Positions 57,431 through 64,000 of a stretch of 64,000 nt of DNA are shown piece by piece (within the stretch, counting starts at the first letter, position 1; every line of letters begins with the position of its first letter). The stretch covers positions 384 to 64,383 of the forward strand of contig CANJQJ010000013.1 of NCBI GenBank assembly GCA_947476425.1, read 5' to 3'. The translations under genes were made by a program, and so were the position numbers. Origin of the DNA: Sphingomonadaceae bacterium. Lineage in GTDB: Bacteria; Pseudomonadota; Alphaproteobacteria; Sphingomonadales; Sphingomonadaceae. The notes beneath the pieces were generated by a model. The model ran no database searches, was not told the DNA's origin, and saw only the letters and a program-made list of their open reading frames with translations.

Positions 57431-58675
57431 TCAGACTCGCAACCAGAGATGCTTCAAATGCCGCGCGCGCGGGGTTGACGCATCCCACTCGACGGCATCG
57501 GGGCGGTCGGCGAGGCGAAGATTGGGAAAGCGCTTCACGACCGAGCGAACGACCAACGGAACGATGTTGCGGGTGATGGCATTGCCGATGCAGGTGTGCA
57601 TGCCCTGGCCGAATGCGAGGTGGTCCTTCACATTGGGCCGATCGATATCGAAGCGATAGGGATCCGGGAATACCGCAGGATCCTTGCACGCAACCGAGAT
57701 CATCACATAGACCGGCATGCCCTTGGGAATGATCTTCTCGCCGACCTGGATATCGTCCGTGGCAAAGCGCATCACGAGGCTGACAGGCGGATCCATCCGC
57801 ATCGCTTCCTCGACCTCAGCCGCTGCCAGTGACGGATCCTGACGAATGCGCTCCGCCATCTCCGGATTCTTGGCGACATATAAGAGACCTGCAGCCGCTG
57901 CGCCGGCGACGGTGGAAACGCCGCCGATGAGCAGTACGATCATCATTGCCATCATCTCGTTATCGTCGATCGCACCGTCCTCGGCGCTTTCGGCAATCAC
58001 GCCGATGAGGTTGCTGCACTTGCCCTCTTTCGCCAGCGCTTGCTGTTCCTTGCAGAACACCACGCCGCGCGCCCATGCGTCGAGATATTCCGGCGGCTTT
58101 GGATCACCGGGACGCAGCTTGTCAAGCAATGGGAGCGATTTGACGAAATCGAAGAAGATCTGCTGATGCTCGGGCGCCGTGATCCCGAGAAAGCGGCACA
58201 TCAACGTGTCGATCGACAAGGGCTTGCTGAATTCCTCGAACGCATCGAACTCGCCTTTGCGGGCAAGCAGCTCGAGCAGGCGATCGACGAGTATCTGGGC
58301 GTTCTCGTTCAGCATCTCAGTCCGCTTCGGCGTGAAGGCGGGGTTCACCACCTTGCGGCGCCGCGTGTGATCCGGCGCGTCGGAATAGTTCATCACTGGC
58401 AGGCCGTTGAAAAAATCGATTCGCTCCATGCCCGGCAGGCCCTTGGGCTTGAGGCTGGAGAAGCCCTTGAAATTACGCAGAACCGCGATGTTTTGCGTAT
58501 AGGATGAAATAATGGCCGAAGGCACGCCCTCCATCTTCACGAAGATCGGCGAATCCTTGATCAGCTCCTGCTGGTAGGCGACCGGGTTGTTGCGAAACTC
58601 GAGACCGAAGGGATCGAAATCCCGGATCTCAAGCCCCGCATCATCGACCGGCGCGAATGTCGTTTCCATATACAT
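57431..58675 (-). CDS. cytochrome P450 (number 2)
   Basis: Heme loop FGQGMHTCIGNAITR, I-helix LLIGGVSTVAG and EEAMRM. The start may be the second ATG (58669), given RBS spacing. Confidence 0.88.
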   Translation of the reverse strand: MYMETTFAPVDDAGLEIRDFDPFGLEFRNNPVAYQQELIKDSPIFVKMEGVPSAIISSYTQNIAVLRNFKGFSSLKPKGLPGMERIDFFNGLPVMNYSDAPDHTRRRKVVNPAFTPKRTEMLNENAQILVDRLLELLARKGEFDAFEEFSKPLSIDTLMCRFLGITAPEHQQIFFDFVKSLPLLDKLRPGDPKPPEYLDAWARGVVFCKEQQALAKEGKCSNLIGVIAESAEDGAIDDNEMMAMMIVLLIGGVSTVAGAAAAGLLYVAKNPEMAERIRQDPSLAAAEVEEAMRMDPPVSLVMRFATDDIQVGEKIIPKGMPVYVMISVACKDPAVFPDPYRFDIDRPNVKDHLAFGQGMHTCIGNAITRNIVPLVVRSVVKRFPNLRLADRPDAVEWDASTPRARHLKHLWLRV

Positions 58676-58871
58676 TCTCCCTACACTTCAGCCCTTCATC
58701 ACCACCACGCCATGATGACGTGACCGCTTCACCCGGGCACGGGCCAACGCAAAACAGTTCAACAGCTTTCGAAGTCCCATTACCTATCAACCGGCATGAT
58801 CGACCTGCTTCCATGACACGATATCTGGGCCTTCCGGACTCGACCTGGCAAACGATAACACAGGAGAAGAT

Positions 58872-59246
58872 ATGACCGACAAGCGCGAAAGAGCGATGGA
58901 AATCATCAAGCAGATGCTCGACCCGGAGGTCGCCGCGTTGATGGGCAAGGCCGAAGGCGACGCAGGCTTTGCGTCCGAGATCGGTTCGCTCGCCATGGAA
59001 AATGTCTTCGAAAATCTCTGGACCCGTCCTGGCCTTGGCGTTCGCGACCGAAGTCTCGTGACGCTGGGCATCCTGATCGCGCTGCGGGCCGAAGGCGAAC
59101 TGCGCTTCCACTTTCCGGCGGCGCTGCGCAACGGGGTGACCAGGGACGAACTCGCCGAAGTCATCTATCACGCTTCCGGCTATGCCGGCTTCCCTGCTGC
59201 CGCGACTGCGCGTACCGTCGCGGTTGAGGTATTGCCAAAAGAATGA
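58872..59246 (+). CDS. carboxymuconolactone decarboxylase (CMD/AhpD-like) family protein
   Basis: NLWTRPGLGVRDRSLVTLGILIALRAEGELRFHFPAALRNGVTRDELAEVIYHASGYAGFPAA is the typical CMD-family core. AGGAGAAG RBS. Confidence 0.8.
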   Translation: MTDKRERAMEIIKQMLDPEVAALMGKAEGDAGFASEIGSLAMENVFENLWTRPGLGVRDRSLVTLGILIALRAEGELRFHFPAALRNGVTRDELAEVIYHASGYAGFPAAATARTVAVEVLPKE

Positions 59247-59395
59247 GCGATCATTCCGGCCCACTGAACGAAATCGGAAGCGCCGCGTTTTCGCACGGCA
59301 ACAGGGCTTACGATCCTGTTCGCCATCGCGACTTTATCTACCACAATCACCTCATTTTTCCGGTAGACTTCGGTCGATAACAAGCCGCTAGGAGC

Positions 59396-60133
59396 ATGTC
59401 CGCAATGATTGACGTCTATTATTGGCCGACCCCCAATGGTCAAAAGGTCACCATCATGCTCGAGGAATCGGGCCTTCCCTATCGCGTGATTCCGTTGAAC
59501 ATCGGACGCGGCGATCAGCTGACGCCTGAATTCCTCGCGCTCAATCCCAATCACCGGATGCCCGCCATTGTCGATCAAGCGCCAATGGGTGGCGGCGCGC
59601 CGCTCGCCGTCTTCGAATCGGGAGCGATCCTGATGTATCTGGCAGAAAAATCGGGGCAGTTTTGGCCGCAGGAACCCCATCGCAAATATGAAGTTGCGCA
59701 ATGGGTGATCTGGCAGATGGCGAACCTGGGTCCAAAGCTCGGGGAAAATGGCCATTTCCGCCGCGCGGAAGCCTCGGGCAAGCATGGCGATCTCAGCTAT
59801 GCCAGACGTCGATTCGATGACGAGGCGAACCGCCTATATGGCGTGATGAACAACCGGCTCTTCGATCGCCCCTATCTCGCAGGCGAGGAGTATTCGATTG
59901 CAGACATGGCCAGCTATCCCTGGGCCGCAAGCTCGGAATATCAGGGTCAGGACATCGAGGAATTTCCTTATGTGAAACGCTGGCTCGAAACACTGGCCGC
60001 TCGACTCGGCGTCCAGCGTGGCATGGCGGTCGGAAGCGAACTGCGCGAAGACCTAGCCACCATACCGCCTGAGGAAATGGAGCGGCGCAACAAATTCCTC
60101 CTCAACCAGCGAGCGCGGCCTACGCCGCGTTGA
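59396..60133 (+). CDS. Nu-class (YfcG/YghU-like) glutathione S-transferase, paralogue 1
   Basis: MIDVYYWPTPNGQKVTIMLEE...NPNHRMPAIVD...GGAPLAVFESGAILMYLAEK is collinear with E. coli YfcG as I recall it. The start may be the ATG at 59405. Confidence 0.85.
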   Translation: MSAMIDVYYWPTPNGQKVTIMLEESGLPYRVIPLNIGRGDQLTPEFLALNPNHRMPAIVDQAPMGGGAPLAVFESGAILMYLAEKSGQFWPQEPHRKYEVAQWVIWQMANLGPKLGENGHFRRAEASGKHGDLSYARRRFDDEANRLYGVMNNRLFDRPYLAGEEYSIADMASYPWAASSEYQGQDIEEFPYVKRWLETLAARLGVQRGMAVGSELREDLATIPPEEMERRNKFLLNQRARPTPR

Positions 60134-60185
60134 CGCATGTTGTAGCGCGACTCCAATCAAAGCACTCGAACGGCTGTCAATATAG

Positions 60186-60249
60186 GGCTAGAACAGTCAG
60201 CGAAAATGCAACTGTCTTAGCCAAAACGAAAACGACAGACTGTTAAGCC
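60186..60249. repeat. possible 64-bp MITE-like element between the two GST genes
   Basis: Termini ggctagaacagtc / gactgttaagcc are inverted repeats. CAATATAG occurs at 60178-60185 and again at 60253-60260, a TSD-like pair with a 3-nt offset on the right. The spacer is AT-rich (about 47% GC by hand count). Confidence 0.25.
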
Positions 60250-60289
60250 GCACAATATAGCAAATAAGCAAGAATATCGGGAGCAGGAT

Positions 60290-61042
60290 GTGATAGATGT
60301 CTATGTCACCGCGTATGGCGGTTCACCCAACGTCTATAAAATACTCCTCCTTCTTGAGGAGACGGGACTACCGTTTCAATTGCAGCCCGTCGACACCTCC
60401 AAAGGTGAGCAGTTCGAGCGAGACTTTTTAAGGATAGGGCCCAACAACAAGGTCCCGGTTATCGTGGATCATGCGCCAGTCGATGGCGGCGCTCCGCTTT
60501 CGGTTTTCGAATCCGCCGCAATCATGATTTACCTCGCGGACAAGGCAGGCCAGTTCATTCCACCAGCGTCGGACGTGCGCGCTCGCAGCGAGACCATCAG
60601 CTGGCTTGTCTGGCAGGTCGCCAACCTGGGACCCTATATGGGCCAGCTTTTCCATTTCAACGTCTACGCACCCGAGAAGCTTCCATACGCGATCAAGCGC
60701 TACACCAACGAAGTCGGACGCCTCTACGGCGTCATGGAACGCCGGCTTTCACAGCAAGCCTGGCTTGGAAACGACGATTATTCCATTGCCGACATGGCCT
60801 CTTTCGCGCTGACGAGCGAGTGGCGGCGTACTGGGCATGACTTCACCAAATTCCCAAATCTTCTCAAGTGGCGGGATCGCATCGAGGCTCGCCCCGCCTA
60901 TACCCGCGCCTATGCGGAAAGAGATTATGGCAAGGCCGTGATCGGCGGCTCGGCGCTCTTCGAAGAGGGTACGTGGCAACGTCTCTTCCAGCAAAACGAG
61001 GACACGATCGCGCGCTACCAAGCAGACCATAAGAGCGCCTGA
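60290..61042 (+). CDS. Nu-class (YfcG-like) glutathione S-transferase, paralogue 2
   Basis: MIDVYVTAYGGSPNVYKILLLLEE...GPNNKVPVIVDHAPVDGGAPLSVFESAAIMIYLADK...PYAIKRYTNEVGRLYGV. GTG start with a GGGAGCAGGA RBS. Confidence 0.82.
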   Translation: MIDVYVTAYGGSPNVYKILLLLEETGLPFQLQPVDTSKGEQFERDFLRIGPNNKVPVIVDHAPVDGGAPLSVFESAAIMIYLADKAGQFIPPASDVRARSETISWLVWQVANLGPYMGQLFHFNVYAPEKLPYAIKRYTNEVGRLYGVMERRLSQQAWLGNDDYSIADMASFALTSEWRRTGHDFTKFPNLLKWRDRIEARPAYTRAYAERDYGKAVIGGSALFEEGTWQRLFQQNEDTIARYQADHKSA

Positions 61043-61063
61043 GGGCGAGGACGAGGTTGGACA

Positions 61064-61879
61064 ATGCGACGACTTGAAGGACGTGTAGCAATCATCGCGG
61101 GCGGGGCTACCGGCATCGGTGCCGCCTGCGCGGAGCGGCTGGTCGCGGAGGGCTGCCGCGTGGTCATCGGAGACCTCAATATCGACGAGGCTCGCAACCT
61201 GTGCGCAAAGCTCGGCGATAATACCCACGCCATACATTATGACGCGGCCGACGAGGGTTCGATCAAGCAGATGGTGGACGGTGCGGTGTCGCATTTCGGA
61301 CGCCTCGACATCCTGCACAACAATGTCGCGCTCACATCGTACGAAGTGAATGTGCAGGACACCACGGTGGTGGACATTCCGCTCACGATCTGGCGCCAGG
61401 TATTCGAAGTGAATGTCACCTCGTTCCTGCTCGGCAGCCGTTTCGCCATTCCACACATGATCGCAGCGGGCGGCGGCTCGATCATCAACACCTCATCCGG
61501 ATCGGGCCGGCTTGGCGACCTGGTGCGCACTGCCTATGGAGTTTCCAAGGCAGCGGTCATCTCGCTGACCCAGCACATCGCCACTCAATATGGCGCGGAC
61601 AATATTCGATGCAATGCGATCACGCCCGGCGTCATCATGACCAAGAACATGGAAATCGTTGCGGCCGATCTATCACAGATCATCAAGCCGCACGTGCTGA
61701 CACCACGGCTAGGCAAGCCAGAAGATATCGCGGCGATGGTAGCATTTCTTGCGTCCGACGATTCTGCCTATGTTACCGGCCAAGCGCTGGCTTGCGATGG
61801 TGGCATGCAAGCCCATCAGCCCCAGATCGTCGATGTCAGGCGCTTTGAGGCACAGCAGGGCGCCGGCGTGCCGAAATGA
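61064..61879 (+). CDS. SDR family oxidoreductase (classical, FabG-like)
   Basis: TGxxxGIG motif (AGGATGIGAA), NNV, S...YxxxK (AYGVSKAA) and a PG motif. The stop overlaps the next gene's start (ATGA). Confidence 0.85.
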   Translation: MRRLEGRVAIIAGGATGIGAACAERLVAEGCRVVIGDLNIDEARNLCAKLGDNTHAIHYDAADEGSIKQMVDGAVSHFGRLDILHNNVALTSYEVNVQDTTVVDIPLTIWRQVFEVNVTSFLLGSRFAIPHMIAAGGGSIINTSSGSGRLGDLVRTAYGVSKAAVISLTQHIATQYGADNIRCNAITPGVIMTKNMEIVAADLSQIIKPHVLTPRLGKPEDIAAMVAFLASDDSAYVTGQALACDGGMQAHQPQIVDVRRFEAQQGAGVPK

Positions 61880-63114
61880 ACGAAACGTCGAATTTCAGCG
61901 GACTTGATCAGGCGCGGTTTCGGAACATCGATCTGTTCGCGCCCGAGCTCAAATCAGATCCAGTCCCGTTTTTCTCCGAATGGCTTCGCGAAGGACTTTG
62001 CTATGCCAACATCTCGGGCACGCCTTCGGCGGTCGCAACCCGTTATCACGACGTCGCGACCGCGTTTGCCGATCATGAGAATCTTACCAACGAGAAGCCG
62101 CGTCTCGCGGGGTGGGAAAAGCTCGACTATTTCAATGGCGAGCTCAACATAGCATTCAGCGATCCGCCCGTGCACACCCGCCTTCGCAAGACCCTGGCTC
62201 CACTCCTGCTTCCGTCCGCAATCCAGCGGCTCGAACCCAAGGTCGTCGAAATAGCGAACCAACTTCTCGTCAAGGCCGGCGGGAATACGCTCGAGGTGAT
62301 GTCGCAACTTGCCTTGCCTGTTGCAAGAAACGCTGTCCTCGGGGCGCTGCTTGGCCTGCCGGAGGAGGACTTCGCCGTCTTCGTTGCGTTGACCGAAGAA
62401 ATGTTCAGCCTTGGAGACCTCCCGGCCGGTGCCGGTCATCCTGCCAGCTACAAGGCGGCATGGGCAGCGGCCCTGAGCTACATTGATGACATAGTCGAGC
62501 GCGAGCACATGGCGCCCTCCCATAGCCCCGTGGGCTTGCTCGTAGACGCTCACCAACGGGGCGTGCTCACGCGCGGAGAGATAGTCGCGCAACTCGTCAC
62601 ATTGTACGCTGGTGGAACGTCTCCTATCGCGACGCTTATCGGCTCGACGATGCTGATGTTGGCGAGGCACCCCGACCAGCTCTCGTTACTGCGCGCGCGG
62701 CCGGCATTGCTCGATGCCGCTATCGACGAGGTGCTCCGCTATCATTCGCCGGGATTGTTCAATTTTAGATTCGCGCGTCGTGATTTCAACTTCAACGGCC
62801 TCCCGGTGCTCGAGGGAATGCCCGTCTACATCGTTGGCCACGCAGCCAATTTCGATTCCGCAATCTACTCCAATCCGTACAAATTCGACATCCTGCGGGA
62901 ACGTAAGCCATTGCTTGCTTTCGGGCGTGGCATCCATTTCTGCATCGGTTTCCACACTGCCAGGATGGTGACCCGTGCGGTGATAGGAGTCGTTCTTGAC
63001 AGCTTCCGAAACTTCGCGCTCAACGACGAGACGCCGACGATTTACACTGGCAACCCCCAGGAGCGGGCCCCTGTCTCGATCACGTTGAAGGTGGAACGTC
63101 GGAACCGACCTTGA
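61876..63114 (+). CDS. cytochrome P450 (number 3)
   Basis: Heme loop FGRGIHFCIGFHTARM, DEVLRY (ExxR) and I-helix AGGTSP. Translationally coupled to the upstream SDR. Confidence 0.88.
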   Translation: MNETSNFSGLDQARFRNIDLFAPELKSDPVPFFSEWLREGLCYANISGTPSAVATRYHDVATAFADHENLTNEKPRLAGWEKLDYFNGELNIAFSDPPVHTRLRKTLAPLLLPSAIQRLEPKVVEIANQLLVKAGGNTLEVMSQLALPVARNAVLGALLGLPEEDFAVFVALTEEMFSLGDLPAGAGHPASYKAAWAAALSYIDDIVEREHMAPSHSPVGLLVDAHQRGVLTRGEIVAQLVTLYAGGTSPIATLIGSTMLMLARHPDQLSLLRARPALLDAAIDEVLRYHSPGLFNFRFARRDFNFNGLPVLEGMPVYIVGHAANFDSAIYSNPYKFDILRERKPLLAFGRGIHFCIGFHTARMVTRAVIGVVLDSFRNFALNDETPTIYTGNPQERAPVSITLKVERRNRP

Positions 63115-63150
63115 GCCTTCGACCGCTCCAAGGGACCCGGTTCGCTTCGA

Positions 63151-63795
63151 TCAACCGGTTTTCAGCGCGGTCAGAACGAGAGCCAGGCTCACGTCGATCC
63201 AGTCGCGCGGTTCCGAACAGGGGTTTGGCGATACACGATCGATCGGCCCAGCCACGAGCGTTGGCGAGACCGACTGTCCAATCGACAGGCTGACGATGAC
63301 GAGCAACAATTCCCTCGGAGTCAGGCCTGATCGGATCGTGCCGTTTTCGCGTCCGCGCAAAAGGATCCGCTCGATGTGGGTCATCAAAATCTGGTGCTTC
63401 AGCCAGATGGGATTCTTGCGAATGATCTGCTCGCCGTCGAGAATGATCTGATCGGCGATAAATCTTATGCCATATTCAAGGTTCGTCTCGAAGATACCGC
63501 GTATGATGAATTCGATCGCCTGGAGGGGTTCGAGGGAGTCGAGGTCGACGGCATTCAGGAAGTCGGTGCTGGTGGCACCGAGAACCGCCAGGACTTCCGA
63601 ATATAAACTCTCCTTGTTGTCAAAATAATGGAAGACAAGCTGTTGGCTGACACCTGCCGAGCTTGCGATGTCCTCGATGCGCGTCTGCCGCAAACCATGC
63701 TTGGCAAATTCGGTCTTGGCCGCAGCCATTATGCGATCCAGCGATGATTGCCCTGCCTGCGCGGTCTGCTTGCTGCTCTGTCGCTTAATCACCAT
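63151..63795 (-). CDS. TetR/AcrR-family transcriptional regulator
   Basis: N-terminal HTH (LDRIMAAAKTEFAKHGLRQTRIEDIASSAGVSQQLVFHYFDNKESLY). The start is taken at MVIKRQ. Convergent with P450 number 3. Confidence 0.82.
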   Translation of the reverse strand: MVIKRQSSKQTAQAGQSSLDRIMAAAKTEFAKHGLRQTRIEDIASSAGVSQQLVFHYFDNKESLYSEVLAVLGATSTDFLNAVDLDSLEPLQAIEFIIRGIFETNLEYGIRFIADQIILDGEQIIRKNPIWLKHQILMTHIERILLRGRENGTIRSGLTPRELLLVIVSLSIGQSVSPTLVAGPIDRVSPNPCSEPRDWIDVSLALVLTALKTG

Positions 63796-64000
63796 TCGTC
63801 TCTCGATCTTCAGGTTTGCAGATGCAAGGCAGCCCCCTTTGCCGGACCAACCCCACTGGACGACGCTCTTATGACGCAGGATAACAGGCAAACCTTTTGC
63901 TGGCTGATATATCAACACCCGTGCGCAAACTCCGGCAAGGGCCCTATCTGGAACTAGGGTCAGGACTCATTGATCACAACCAGAAGATGACGGTAGCGGC

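Noticed and set aside
1-64000. Search for CRISPR arrays, tRNA/rRNA genes, transposases, integrases, phage genes, and toxin-antitoxin or known defence-system signatures
   Set aside because: I saw no regularly spaced direct repeats, no tRNA-like cloverleaf candidates in the short spacers, and no ORF with DDE, tyrosine-recombinase or other mobility or defence motifs. Absence is by eye only. tRNAscan, Infernal, DefenseFinder or PADLOC would be decisive.

Overview
This is a high-GC chromosomal segment that looks alphaproteobacterial and Sphingomonadaceae-like. My hand counts give about 66% G+C in ordinary coding stretches. The taxon is an inference from gene content, the GAAC-N7-GAAC SOS box type and the repeat family. 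I call about 60 protein-coding genes. I recognised no rRNA, tRNA, CRISPR array, transposase, integrase or phage genes.

Gene order along the window:
- 1-3.9 kb: a partial membrane-anchored ORF that runs off the left edge and is missing from the supplied ORF track, a cytoplasmic molybdopterin oxidoreductase, and a small lipoprotein.
- 3.9-11.0 kb: a complete histidine-utilisation locus, hutC-hutF divergent from hutI-hutH-hutG-hutU, with a perfect 14-bp palindrome in the 47-bp divergent spacer.
- 11.1-13.3 kb: an NTF2/LEH-like gene, a DODA-type extradiol dioxygenase and a Crp/Fnr regulator.
- 13.3-14.5 kb: a 1.2-kb AT-rich islet holding only small ORFs.
- 14.5-26.2 kb: GATase, Rieske oxygenase, glutathione peroxidase, two hypothetical genes, GST, Zn-ADH, an FTR1 permease/cupredoxin/OMP iron module, polysaccharide deacetylase, serine hydrolase and Fe-ADH.
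- 26.3-32.0 kb: an RND efflux operon (MFP-RND-OMF).
- 32.0-35.7 kb: a flavoprotein, a quinone oxidoreductase and mocA-xdhC.
- 35.8-41.3 kb: the SOS mutagenesis cassette imuA-imuB-dnaE2 with its LexA box.
- 41.3-47.8 kb: a peptide-use group (M61 peptidase, POT transporter, isoaspartyl peptidase), plus HU and threonine dehydratase.
- 48.2-54.7 kb: mobA, a polysaccharide flippase, ArsR, dinB, an FGE-domain protein, Rrf2 and a YdeN-like hydrolase.
- 54.8-63.8 kb: an accessory-looking cluster of three cytochrome P450s, two SDRs, a CMD-family protein, two tandem YfcG-like (Nu-class) GSTs and a TetR regulator.

I did not find a convincing self-contained novel system such as a defence, toxin or secretion module. 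The most follow-up-worthy observations are:
- a 60-bp REP-like palindrome sitting in frame inside dnaE2, related to two intergenic repeat copies;
- the AT-rich islet with translationally coupled small ORFs;
- the P450/GST/SDR cluster, which has no redox partners and is bounded by truncated gene remnants;
- an in-frame TAA at codon 11 of xdhC.

All family calls come from motif recognition by eye, not from database searches.
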